The notes: generated by a model from the sequence alone, not told the origin. A stretch of DNA of 64,000 nucleotides from Campylobacterota bacterium (GCA_030152305.1 JASKOM010000005.1:79620-143619), one strand, 5' to 3'. Counted from the stretch's first letter, positions 1 to 8,564 are shown. Numbers and translations: made by a program.

Positions 1-110
1 TCCTGCAAAATTGTCAAAACATCTTTTGCGACAAACCAAATATTTTCATGTTCATCTTTGAGAGTTCTAATTTCGCTTGTGTCGTTAAATAAAAAAGGTA
101 TGATTTCCAA
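1..110 (-). CDS. Bro-N antirepressor, 5' part only (gene continues past the left edge)
   Basis: Bases 1-120 nearly duplicate 1213-1335. The minus-strand translation (M)EIIPFLFNDTSEIRTLKDEHENIWFVAKDVLTILQ matches the N-terminus of ORF 589..1374. A TAA lies just upstream, so the likely start is TTG at 110. Confidence 0.55.
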   Translation of the reverse strand, partial: MEIIPFLFNDTSEIRTLKDEHENIWFVAKDVLTILQ

Positions 111-205
111 TTGAAATCCTTAATTTGTGATTTATCTGAATTGAGAATAATTTTCCAGACTTCTCTCAATTCGGACAAATATATTGTATCATATTATTGA
201 TTTTT

Positions 206-469
206 TCAATATACTGATCGCCTTAACTCATTAGAAAATAGATTTTTTAAGATACTCTCTGTTTTTTGGCAATCTTGAAGCTGTTCTTTTAATTTATAAA
301 TTTCAATAAACATTTCTATCGATCTTAATGTGTGATTAGAAATTTTGCCTCTACTAATCGATGAATTTAAACTTTCAGGTTTTACACCAATTTTTTCCGC
401 CAACTCTTTTTGAGTGATTCCCAATTCGCGACATGTTTTTTTTACGATATTTTCGGATTCTTCAATCAT
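206..469 (-). CDS. Cro/CI (XRE)-type HTH regulator, cassette 1
   Basis: Conserved N-terminus MIEESENIVKKTCRELGITQKELAE (HTH helices 1-2), followed by a cassette-specific recognition helix and tail. Confidence 0.7.
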   Translation of the reverse strand: MIEESENIVKKTCRELGITQKELAEKIGVKPESLNSSISRGKISNHTLRSIEMFIEIYKLKEQLQDCQKTESILKNLFSNELRRSVY

Positions 470-540
470 AATAACCTTTCGTTTTTTATTTCTTAATATT
501 TTACAAAAAATAAAAAATTGAGTCTATTTTATGCTTTTCG
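470..540 (-). promoter_or_regulatory. Conserved cassette promoter/RBS region (extended -10 TGTAAAAT)
   Basis: The minus strand reads TTTTTGTAAAATATTAAGAAATAAAAAACGAAAGGTTATTATG. TGnTAAAAT lies at 498-505 and AAAGG lies 6 nt before the ATG. The same block recurs with TGTAAAAT at 1669-1676, 2873-2880 and 5243-5250. Confidence 0.5.
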
Positions 541-542
541 TC

Positions 543-579
543 ATCCCGAAGCGATAGCTCCTGTAATTTATTTCGGGAT
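543..579. repeat. CCCGAA/TTCGGG hairpin repeat (8-bp stem ATCCCGAA/TTCGGGAT, 21-nt loop)
   Basis: Inverted repeat read directly. It sits immediately after the antirepressor stop codon. Near-identical copies lie at 1714-1750, 2918-2954 and 52607-52641. Confidence 0.8.
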
Positions 580-588
580 CTAAGTTTA

Positions 589-1374
589 TTAAACTATCGA
601 TTTTATTTTCCATTTAATTTGACTAAATTTACCATTTATCTCAATACCAAAATCACGACCTATTTCTGTTAATTTCCAAATGCCATTTTCTCGAAGTTGA
701 AAACCTTTGTGTTCCAAAATCAAATTAACTTCGACTGGTGATTTATTGATCATTTTGCCTAATTCAGTCGGTAAGAAAAATTGTGAATCTAAATCTATTT
801 CGAAATGTTCAAGAACTGAAAAATTATGAAACTTGCGATAAAACTTGTCAAGTCGGTAAAGTGTTGTCGGCTTTTTTGATTCGAGGATTTCAATTAAACT
901 TGAAGTTTCGAGAACATCATTTTTTAGTTCGATAATTTGTTCAGTTGAGTTTCCAATTTCTGGAAGTTGAAAGTTTTGAGTTTGTGAAATTGAATAGTTT
1001 CCAGTTTTGCGAATTGACGGAAGAACTTCGTGAGTAACCCATTTTTGAAAAGGTTTTGCGATCGGTTTTCGACTTCTAATTATAAGTGAATATAATCCAG
1101 ATTCTGAAACAAATGTCATTTCTTGGACACCTCCAAAGGTCATAATTTTAAATGATCCCCTTTCATCGCTGTCTAAATCTTTTGTAGCTTCGCCAATGTT
1201 TGGATTATTATTATCCTGCAAAATTGTCAAAATATCTTTTGCGACAAACCAAATATTTTCGTGTTCATCTTTGAAAGTTCTAATTTCGCTTGTGTCGTTA
1301 AATAAAAAAGGTATGATTTCCAATTGAAATCCTTGTATTTTATTTGCAGTGGTTCTGGTTCGAAGCTTTACCAC
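589..1374 (-). CDS. Antirepressor: Bro-N domain + constant KilAC/ANT-like C-terminal module
   Basis: The N-terminal half (EIIPFLFNDTSEIRTFKDEHENIWFVAKDILTIL...FQKWVTHEVLPSIRKTGNY) has the Bro-N pattern. The C-terminal half is the array-wide constant module. The real start is probably TTG at 1323, by alignment with paralogs. Confidence 0.8.
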   Translation of the reverse strand: MVKLRTRTTANKIQGFQLEIIPFLFNDTSEIRTFKDEHENIWFVAKDILTILQDNNNPNIGEATKDLDSDERGSFKIMTFGGVQEMTFVSESGLYSLIIRSRKPIAKPFQKWVTHEVLPSIRKTGNYSISQTQNFQLPEIGNSTEQIIELKNDVLETSSLIEILESKKPTTLYRLDKFYRKFHNFSVLEHFEIDLDSQFFLPTELGKMINKSPVEVNLILEHKGFQLRENGIWKLTEIGRDFGIEINGKFSQIKWKIKSIV

Positions 1375-1427
1375 TGCTATAAAGAATTATAGCAAAAATA
1401 ATTATCAAAATTTAACAAAAAAGATAA

Positions 1428-1640
1428 TTAATTTGTCAATTGTTCTTTTATTGCAATGAACTTTTTTTCAATTCTTACGAGTTCAATTAATCTTGAAAAT
1501 ATTTTTGGTGGATCTGTGCGACCGTTTGCCCAATTATTAATACTTTGTCGCGAAACCCCCAACATATCGGCTAATTCAGTTTGAGTGATTCCCAATTCGC
1601 GACATGTTTTTTTTACGATATTTTCGGATTCTTCAATCAT
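1428..1640 (-). CDS. Cro/CI-type HTH regulator, cassette 2
   Basis: Same N-terminus as the other cassette HTH genes, then the variable segment LADMLGVSRQSINNWANGRTDPP... Confidence 0.7.
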   Translation of the reverse strand: MIEESENIVKKTCRELGITQTELADMLGVSRQSINNWANGRTDPPKIFSRLIELVRIEKKFIAIKEQLTN

Positions 1641-1713
1641 AATAACCTTTCGTTTTTTATTTCTTAATATTTTACAAAAAATAAAAAATCGAGTCTATTT
1701 TATGCTTTTCGTC

Positions 1714-1750
1714 ATCCCGAAGCGATAGCTCCTGTAATTTATTTCGGGAT
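1714..1750. repeat. CCCGAA/TTCGGG hairpin repeat copy
   Basis: Identical to 543-579. Confidence 0.8.
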
Positions 1751-1759
1751 CTAAGTTTA

Positions 1760-2518
1760 TTAAACTATCGATTTTATTTTCCATTTAATTTGAACAAACT
1801 TACCATTTATCTCAATTCCAAAATCTCGACCTATTTCTGTTAATTTCCAAATGCCATTTTCTCGAAGTTGAAAACCTTTGTGTTCCAAAATCAAATTAAC
1901 TTCGACTGGTGATTTGTTAATCATTCGACCTAATTCGGTCGGTAAGAAAAATTGCAAATCTAAATCTATTTCGAAATGTTCAAGCAGTGAAAAGTTATGG
2001 AACTTGCGATAAAACTTATCAAGTCGAAATAAATCAATCGGATTGAGATTTCGCAGAATTTCGATTAAGCTTGAAGTTTCTAGAACATCGTTTTTAAGTT
2101 CGATTATCTGTTCAGTTGAATTTCCAATTTCTGGAAGTTGTAGATTTTGAGTTTGTGGCTGAATTGGTTGAGATTTCTGATTTTGTAAAAGCTCTCGCAT
2201 TCTAAAGAATTCAGCAACTAAACGAACTTTGAAATCTAAAACGATGTCGTTATTTCTCATCATTGAAATTAATAAAGTCGCTTGTTGTTCGTTTAAAAAG
2301 TAGGTTTTTTCAGGTCGTCCATCTTTAAGATTTGTTTCAGAAAGTTTATGGATTTCAAATCCAATAACTCCAAAAAGTTCGAATTTATGGCTATTGTCTC
2401 GAATCAAACGGGAAACTGAATGTTCTTTATTTTCTGTTTGTTCAGCGATTACACGATGAGAAATTCGCGGTTCGTTGTCGATGAGTTCGACGATATTTGT
2501 GTTAGAATTTGAGTTCAT
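1760..2518 (-). CDS. Antirepressor: Rha-family (phage pRha-like) N-terminal domain + constant C-terminal module
   Basis: The N-terminus (RISHRVIAEQTENKEHSVSRLIRDN...EKTYFLNEQQATLLISMMRNNDIVLDFKVRLVAEFFRMRE) fits the Rha regulatory-protein pattern. The C-terminus is the constant module. Confidence 0.75.
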   Translation of the reverse strand: MNSNSNTNIVELIDNEPRISHRVIAEQTENKEHSVSRLIRDNSHKFELFGVIGFEIHKLSETNLKDGRPEKTYFLNEQQATLLISMMRNNDIVLDFKVRLVAEFFRMRELLQNQKSQPIQPQTQNLQLPEIGNSTEQIIELKNDVLETSSLIEILRNLNPIDLFRLDKFYRKFHNFSLLEHFEIDLDLQFFLPTELGRMINKSPVEVNLILEHKGFQLRENGIWKLTEIGRDFGIEINGKFVQIKWKIKSIV

Positions 2519-2601
2519 CTATCTCCAATTATTTATCTAAAATAGAAACTGCAATTTCTAAAATAGTTGGAGGAAACTATACCGTAATAATTCCTGTTTA
2601 T

Positions 2602-2844
2602 TTAACTTAAAACAGAAATGTTTCTCTTTTGTGTATTTTTAATAGCCGATAAAATTAAATTGTAACTGTTTTCAATTTCCAGCAATTGAATCAATCTATT
2701 AAAATTTTTTGGAATTTCAACTCGATTATTTGCCCAATTATTAATAGTTTTTTCTGTAATTCCAATTTTTTCCGCCAACTCTTTTTGAGTGATTCCCAAT
2801 TCGCGACATGTTTTTTTTACGATATTTTCTGATTCTTCGATCAT
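2602..2844 (-). CDS. Cro/CI-type HTH regulator, cassette 3
   Basis: Conserved N-terminus, followed by a variable recognition helix and tail. Confidence 0.7.
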   Translation of the reverse strand: MIEESENIVKKTCRELGITQKELAEKIGITEKTINNWANNRVEIPKNFNRLIQLLEIENSYNLILSAIKNTQKRNISVLS

Positions 2845-2917
2845 TTAAACCTTTCGTTTTTGATTTATTAATATTTTACAAAAAATAAAAAATCGAGTCT
2901 ATTTTATGCTTTTCGTC

Positions 2918-2954
2918 ATCCCGAAGCGATAGCTCCTGTAATTTATTTCGGGAG
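2918..2954. repeat. CCCGAA/TTCGGG hairpin repeat copy
   Basis: Same element, with one mismatch at the 3' arm end. Confidence 0.75.
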
Positions 2955-2963
2955 CTAAGTTTA

Positions 2964-3701
2964 TTAAACTATCGATTTTATTTTCCATTTAATTTGAACA
3001 AACTTACCAATAATCTCAATTCCAAAATCTCGACCTATTTCTGTTAATTTCCAAATGCCATTTTCTCGAAGTTGAAAACCTTTGTGTTCCAAAATCAAAT
3101 TAACTTCGACTGGTGATTTGTTAATCATTCGACCTAATTCGGTCGGTAAGAAAAATTGCAAATCTAAATCTATTTCGAAATGTTCAAGCAGTGAAAAGTT
3201 ATGGAACTTGCGATAAAACTTATCAAGTCGAAATAAATCAATCGGATTGAGATTTCGCAGAATTTCGATTAAGCTTGAAGTTTCTAGAACATCGTTTTTT
3301 AGTTCGATAATTTGTTCAGTTGAATTTCCAATTTCTGGAAGTTGAAAGTTTTGTGAAATTGAATAGTTTCCAGTTTTGCGAATTGATGGAAGAACTTCTT
3401 CCATAATCCAATTTTCAATTTTTTCAGCTTCAGGCAAATGCGATTTTATAATTAACCGCCAAACATCGCTTTCAGGTATTAATTTCGTTTGCGGATGTAA
3501 TCCTTCGCCTAATAGCGGAGTTTCACCGCTATTGATTAATACAGCGATAGAAACGGCTTTTTTACAGTGTTGAGCAACAGCATCTCTTTCTCTTTTATAA
3601 GCTAAAAGTTTGGCTATATCGTTTGCGACAAACCATTCACGATCGTCTATTAAGAGAATCCTTACTGAAAAGGTGTTAAAATTTTTCACGATTAAGTTCA
3701 T
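2964..3701 (-). CDS. Antirepressor: second Bro-N variant + constant C-terminal module
   Basis: The N-terminus is FSVRILLIDDREWFVANDIAKLLAYKRERDAVAQHCKK...WIMEEVLPSIRKTGNY. No MIEESEN-type HTH gene lies upstream of this one. Confidence 0.75.
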   Translation of the reverse strand: MNLIVKNFNTFSVRILLIDDREWFVANDIAKLLAYKRERDAVAQHCKKAVSIAVLINSGETPLLGEGLHPQTKLIPESDVWRLIIKSHLPEAEKIENWIMEEVLPSIRKTGNYSISQNFQLPEIGNSTEQIIELKNDVLETSSLIEILRNLNPIDLFRLDKFYRKFHNFSLLEHFEIDLDLQFFLPTELGRMINKSPVEVNLILEHKGFQLRENGIWKLTEIGRDFGIEIIGKFVQIKWKIKSIV

Positions 3702-3849
3702 GTTAATCCTTAATTTTGTTATGAGTAGAGGTAGTGGCTCAACTCATAACTATTCTAACAGCAACATCTTTAATTAAAGCTTAAAATGAATATTTTGTAA
3801 TTACTCGATAATTATAAAATTCTTCAAATATCAAATAAAAGGCTCATAT

Positions 3850-4026
3850 GTGATAGAAAATGAATATATTAAAACAACATGTAATTTAGAAAAAGGAATA
3901 AAACTAGATTCTCAAAAGATTGCTAAAAAAAAGGGCATCAATACATTAACAACTTTGATTCATATTTTATTAGTTGAATACATCGAAAAGAACAAAGAAA
4001 TACTAGAAAAAAAACAAACTTTTTAA
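3850..4026 (+). CDS. Possible 58-aa ribbon-helix-helix (CopG-like) protein, GTG start
   Basis: Hand translation gives VIENEYIKTTCNLEKGIKLDSQKIAKKKGINTLTTLIHILLVEYIEKNKEILEKKQTF. The strand-helix-helix pattern and an AAAAGG box upstream support it. It falls below the ORF-track size cutoff. Confidence 0.3.
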   Translation: MIENEYIKTTCNLEKGIKLDSQKIAKKKGINTLTTLIHILLVEYIEKNKEILEKKQTF

Positions 4027-4164
4027 TTATTTATTCGACCCCGTGTCATTGCCTGTAATGACGAAGTTGTTGTCATCCAGAAGCGAAGATCCCGTAATTT
4101 GTTTTGGGATCTAAATTAATTTGAAAGAAGACCCTGAAACAAGTTCAGGGCGACGAAAAGTTTA

Positions 4165-4896
4165 TTAAACTATCGATTTTATTTTCCATTTAATTTGAAC
4201 AAACTTACCATTTATCTCAATTCCAAAATCACGACCTAAATCTGTTAATTTCCAAATACCATTTTCTTTTATTTGAAAACCTTTGTGTTCCAAAATCAAA
4301 TTAACTTCGACTGGTGATTTATTGATCATTTTGCCTAATTCGGTCGGCAGGAAAAATTGCGACTCGAGGTTTATCTTAAAAGTTTCGAGTGGTGAAAAAT
4401 TATAAAATTCTTTATAAAATTGATCAAGTCGAAATAAATCAATCGGATTGAGATTTCGTAGAATTTCGATTAAGTTTGAAGTTTCAAGAACATCGTTTTT
4501 TAGTTCAATTATCTGTTCTGTTGCATTTCCAATTTCTGGAAGTTGCAAGTTTTGTGAAATTGAATAGTTTCCAGTTTTGCGAATTGATGGAAGAACTTCA
4601 CCAGCGATCCATTTTTGAAAAGGTAAAGCTTTCGGTTTATCTGAACGACCTATAAAAAAATATAATCCTTGTTCTGATAAAACAGCCATGTTTTGGATTC
4701 TATCTTTGCCCATAATCGGTTTATGGTCTCGCCATTCATTAGGCACATTTGCCATTAAATTATTTAATTGATTTATACTAGATTGTGGATATTCTAAGGC
4801 TATTGCTATATCTTTTGCAACAAACCAAATATTATTATCGATTACGATAGTTCGAATTTCTTTTTGTTCATCAAAGAAAAATGGTAGTATTTGCAT
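4165..4896 (-). CDS. Antirepressor: third Bro-N variant + constant C-terminal module
   Basis: The N-terminus is MQILPFFFDEQKEIRTIVIDNNIWFVAKDIAIALEY...FQKWIAGEVLPSIRKTGNY. The C-terminus is the constant module. Confidence 0.8.
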   Translation of the reverse strand: MQILPFFFDEQKEIRTIVIDNNIWFVAKDIAIALEYPQSSINQLNNLMANVPNEWRDHKPIMGKDRIQNMAVLSEQGLYFFIGRSDKPKALPFQKWIAGEVLPSIRKTGNYSISQNLQLPEIGNATEQIIELKNDVLETSNLIEILRNLNPIDLFRLDQFYKEFYNFSPLETFKINLESQFFLPTELGKMINKSPVEVNLILEHKGFQIKENGIWKLTDLGRDFGIEINGKFVQIKWKIKSIV

Positions 4897-4968
4897 ATAA
4901 AACCTATATTTTTATTTTAACGGTAGCGACGACTTGAGAACTTGCCCTACTGTTAAAAAGATTTTAAC

Positions 4969-5214
4969 TTATTGTTTTATAAAAGTCAAATCTCTTGAAT
5001 CGATTTCTAAAAATAGTTTTCTAATCATAAAATATTGTTTTTGAATTAATAAAAGCTCAACGATTTTTTCTAAAATTTTTGGTGGTTGGATTTTATTATT
5101 CGCCCAATAGCTAACACTTTGTTTAGAAACCCCCATGATTTCCGCCAACTCTTTTTGAGTGATTCCCAATTCGCGACATGTTTTTTTTACGATATTTTCG
5201 GATTCTTCAATCAT
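4969..5214 (-). CDS. Cro/CI-type HTH regulator, cassette 4
   Basis: Conserved N-terminus, followed by a variable recognition helix and tail. Confidence 0.7.
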   Translation of the reverse strand: MIEESENIVKKTCRELGITQKELAEIMGVSKQSVSYWANNKIQPPKILEKIVELLLIQKQYFMIRKLFLEIDSRDLTFIKQ

Positions 5215-5333
5215 AATAACCTTTCGTTTTTTATTTCTTAATATTTTACAAAAAATAAAAAATCGAGTCTATTTTATGCTTTTCGTCATGCCAAAGTGAA
5301 AGCCGTCATCCCGAATTTATTTCGGGAGCTAAG

Positions 5334-5351
5334 TCCGTGCCACGACACGGA
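5334..5351 (-). terminator. GC-rich hairpin just after the R-M operon stop (TCCGTG-N6-CACGGA)
   Basis: The 6-bp stem was read directly. No clear U-tract follows. It is adjacent to a short CCCGAA hairpin at 5309-5327. Confidence 0.35.
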
Positions 5352-5359
5352 ACTAATTT

Positions 5360-6400
5360 TTAAAATTTAATTTTTGTAGATGCTATTTTTTGATTTGTGT
5401 ATAAAACAACATTTTTTATAATATTTTTTTGAAGAGCTGAAATCAAAATTTCCATTGTTTCATAATCAGGTTGATTGTTTTTTACTGGAAGTAATAACAA
5501 CTGATCGTTTATAATATTGACATTAAAGCTAGAAGCTCCCCATGAAAAAGAACTAAATGTTTTAGCCATTGATGTAATAAAAAACTGTGCATTTAGCCTA
5601 TTTAATTTGTTATCTTTTGATTTAATTATTTTTATTTTATCTCCAGTAAAATATGGTTGCTCTTGATAAAACATTGTTGCTGTATCTTGCCCAAAAGATA
5701 TAGTGTTTCCATCATTTAAATATTGTTCATTTTCGTTGATGTATCCACGAATTCCATTATTTAAGCTTGTTCTTACTACATATGGATGTCCAGTTTCTGA
5801 AATAGTTACTTTGTTTGCATCAAACCGTTCTTTAGAAGATATTACTTCGAATAAATTACTAACTTTAAATTCTTTCCACTCAAAACTGTAAAAATCTGCT
5901 AAAAGTTTTTCTTCTTGATTTGTTAGTTCGAAACTATTTAAACCAGTTGCAATTAAATAAGCTTTAAGTTCAGCTATTTTTTGAGATTCAAGTTCAGCTA
6001 TAAAACTTTCCATAAATTCAAAATCTATTTCACCGTTTTTTGTTGGGAGTTTGATTTTCTCTTTTGTAATTTTTGCCCAAGAACACATATTTTCATAACC
6101 AAATTTCTTATTCAAAAAATATAACGAATTAGTTAAAAATAAACCTTGTTTTTCTGTCATTTCAAAATTTGGTTTTAATGAAAAAACTCTTGCATGTGTT
6201 ACCATTTTATACTTGAATTTACGGTAAAAAGCATTTCCAAACATATCAATTGTTATTGTGTTTTCGTCAAAGATTTTCGCTTCTACATTAGTCTTACCTA
6301 AAACACCATTTTCAGTTAATCCTGAGGTAATTACATAATAACCAATGCCATTAATATGTTCTTTCTGAATATCAAAGTTACCATTTGAACTTTCAAACAA
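5360..6400 (-). CDS. R-M specificity subunit (HsdS/BcgIB-like, two target-recognition domains)
   Basis: Two TRD-like halves are separated by a helical spacer (FMESFIAELESQKIAELKAYL). The frame stays open upstream to about 6475 and encodes IPLSEKLNNVKWGEFKLGDLFE, the typical S-subunit N-terminus, but has no ATG/GTG there. The ORF-track start is an internal TTG. Confidence 0.7.
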   Translation of the reverse strand: MFESSNGNFDIQKEHINGIGYYVITSGLTENGVLGKTNVEAKIFDENTITIDMFGNAFYRKFKYKMVTHARVFSLKPNFEMTEKQGLFLTNSLYFLNKKFGYENMCSWAKITKEKIKLPTKNGEIDFEFMESFIAELESQKIAELKAYLIATGLNSFELTNQEEKLLADFYSFEWKEFKVSNLFEVISSKERFDANKVTISETGHPYVVRTSLNNGIRGYINENEQYLNDGNTISFGQDTATMFYQEQPYFTGDKIKIIKSKDNKLNRLNAQFFITSMAKTFSSFSWGASSFNVNIINDQLLLLPVKNNQPDYETMEILISALQKNIIKNVVLYTNQKIASTKIKF

Positions 6401-6459
6401 ATCACCAAGTTTAAATTCGCCCCACTTAACATTATTTAATTTTTCGCTAAGTGGGATAT

Positions 6460-8493
6460 TTACTTTCCCTCGTTGTCATCCCGTTGTTTGAGAATTTGTG
6501 AAACTTCCCACGATAAATAATCGCTTATTGTTTTTGTAAAATCTTTTAAAGTTGGTTCGGTGTCAATTGGTGCAGTTTGATTCCAATCAGCTCCATTTTC
6601 TGGATCGATATGACCTTCGTGATATTCTTTATATGAGAATATATTTAATTTATTTTCACCAAAACGAACTAAATTAACAAGTTCTTCATATCGTTCTTTT
6701 GCTCTATCAGAATCTTTGAGATTGCTACTTGCTTTTTTGCGATTTGTTCGTGTGTAACCATCATTTGAAAAATCAATAAATTTAACAATGTCAAAATATT
6801 GATGAGGTTCGCCAACTCTGAAAACATAAATATTCGTTTGAACACTTGATTTACCAATAAATAGATCAACAGGCATTTTTATACTTGCTAATAATGTATG
6901 TTTTTGGAGAATTCTTTTATTATAATCTCGAGCTTTTCCAGAACCAGCAGAATTTTGAATAATTACAGCACCGTAACCTTTATTCATCATATTTAAAGCA
7001 GTTTCAACAAAGTTCATGCCATTTCCATTTGCAGAATATGGAGGATTAAGAACAAGAGCAGTTGCGGGAAACTTTTTATCATTTTGACCAAAACCGTAAT
7101 TGCCTTCAAAATCAGTCAATGAGTTTTTATTTAAAATATTAGAACTTCCATCACCCATTAAGATCATATTCAAAATAGCCAACATATAAACACTTGATAA
7201 TAATTCAATACCTAAAAGCTGTTCAGATTTAATTTTTAGCTCTTTTTGAATTAATTCATCAGGAGACTGAATTTGTAATTCAGCATCATTTAACATTTCA
7301 TTCATTGAAGCAACTAACAAACCAGCTGAACCAGTTGCAAAATCCCAAACATAAGAATCTTTATTAACTCGAGTTAATTTTGCTAAAAGAGTAGCCACAT
7401 AAGTAGGAGTCAAAACAACATCATTTAATTTATCTTGAGAAAAACCTAACCAGCCATACATTTCATTAAAAAGTTTGCCTGTAAAATCAGTTGTCAAACC
7501 TATTTTATAATAAAAGCCTAAATCATCAAATATTTTAATAAATACTCTTTTTAACTGTGTTTCGCCATTTGTTACTTTGTTAATATTTTCAGTCAATAAT
7601 GTATTTGATAATGTTCTAACGATTAAATCTTGTTTATCTCTCGGTAAATTTTTTTCATTTAAAAAATCTACAATTCTGCGAATCATAATATCGCCGTCGC
7701 GATAGCCAATTTCAGTCAAAGATTTTAAATCAGTTTTTTCAAGAGGAGCAACTTTTCCAGCTACTCCAATTGTCGCAATAATCGAACTTGCAACAAGATA
7801 AACACGATCATTTTCACCTAAGCCTTTTTCATTTTGATAAATATCATTATTGAGATTTACTAAACTGATATCGATTTCTCGTTCTTTTTGCTCTTTTATT
7901 TCTTCTTGTTCAGCTTGAGACAAAGTTAATTTTTTTACCTCATCGATAAAATCATCAAAATTTTCTTTTTTTAAAAATGAAAAATCAGAATAATTACCAA
8001 CTTTTTGACCAACACCAAAATTCGATTTTGAAACAAAATAAACAGCTATATCATGTTTAATTTTTTCATTGTCGTCTTTATAACCTGTCATTCCAATAGC
8101 GATAACATTCGTATAACTCGTATAATGCAAAATAGCAGTAGCATAATGAACAGCACCATTTACAGCATAAGAACTTATATTTTTAAAAAGATATTCATTT
8201 TTAGAATTTGAATTTTCTACTTGATTACTTTTGTTTAATTTAACAAGTTTGTCTTTATGACCTTTATATTCAATTAATATTGGATAATAATTTTTATATT
8301 TATCTTGAAGCAATAATTTAACATCAGGTCTATTTCCGCCTTTGCCACCATTTTTTGAAAAGTAATCGTTAAGAGCTTTATCAATTTCACTATTTAATGG
8401 ATTCTGTTCCAACTTGTAATCTAAGTTATAAGACTTTAACCAGCCATTACCTATTTCAGCTATATTTGGTTCTATTGATTGTTTATTTAACAT
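6460..8493 (-). CDS. Fused endonuclease-N6-adenine methyltransferase (type IIB BcgIA-like subunit)
   Basis: Gamma-class MTase motifs occur in the order DFATGSAGLL (motif I) then NPPYS (motif IV). The N-terminal ~300 aa contain a PD-(D/E)xK-like signature (RPDVKLL...ILIEYKG). No HsdR gene is nearby. The 677 and 346 aa sizes resemble BcgI A and B. Confidence 0.65.
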   Translation of the reverse strand: MLNKQSIEPNIAEIGNGWLKSYNLDYKLEQNPLNSEIDKALNDYFSKNGGKGGNRPDVKLLLQDKYKNYYPILIEYKGHKDKLVKLNKSNQVENSNSKNEYLFKNISSYAVNGAVHYATAILHYTSYTNVIAIGMTGYKDDNEKIKHDIAVYFVSKSNFGVGQKVGNYSDFSFLKKENFDDFIDEVKKLTLSQAEQEEIKEQKEREIDISLVNLNNDIYQNEKGLGENDRVYLVASSIIATIGVAGKVAPLEKTDLKSLTEIGYRDGDIMIRRIVDFLNEKNLPRDKQDLIVRTLSNTLLTENINKVTNGETQLKRVFIKIFDDLGFYYKIGLTTDFTGKLFNEMYGWLGFSQDKLNDVVLTPTYVATLLAKLTRVNKDSYVWDFATGSAGLLVASMNEMLNDAELQIQSPDELIQKELKIKSEQLLGIELLSSVYMLAILNMILMGDGSSNILNKNSLTDFEGNYGFGQNDKKFPATALVLNPPYSANGNGMNFVETALNMMNKGYGAVIIQNSAGSGKARDYNKRILQKHTLLASIKMPVDLFIGKSSVQTNIYVFRVGEPHQYFDIVKFIDFSNDGYTRTNRKKASSNLKDSDRAKERYEELVNLVRFGENKLNIFSYKEYHEGHIDPENGADWNQTAPIDTEPTLKDFTKTISDYLSWEVSQILKQRDDNEGK

Positions 8494-8564
8494 TTTTTAT
8501 TTACAGCCTATTGTTTGTTTTTTAGTAATTATACTTATGGGAAATATATTTTAAATTTCACATT

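Larger units (their letters stand above)
1..5345 (-). repeat. Tandem array of at least five 'small HTH regulator + antirepressor' cassettes (period about 1.17-1.2 kb)
   Basis: HTH genes starting at 469, 1640, 2844 and 5214 all begin MIEESENIVKKTCRELGITQ. Antirepressor genes ending at 589, 1760, 2964 and 4165 share a near-identical C-terminal module (QLPEIGNSTEQIIELKNDVLETS...LPTELG.MINKSPVEVNLILEHKGFQ...IKWKIKSIV). 1760-2140 and 2964-3345 are almost base-for-base identical. Conserved blocks alternate with unrelated variable blocks. Confidence 0.9.

Noticed and set aside
1-5345. A regularly spaced repeat pattern that could suggest a CRISPR array or an integron cassette array with attC-like hairpins
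   Set aside because: The period is about 1.2 kb and the repeats are mostly coding sequence, so it is not CRISPR. There is no IntI-type integrase and no attI. Each cassette has its own promoter, and the conserved blocks extend into both flanking genes, unlike promoterless integron cassettes bounded only by attC.
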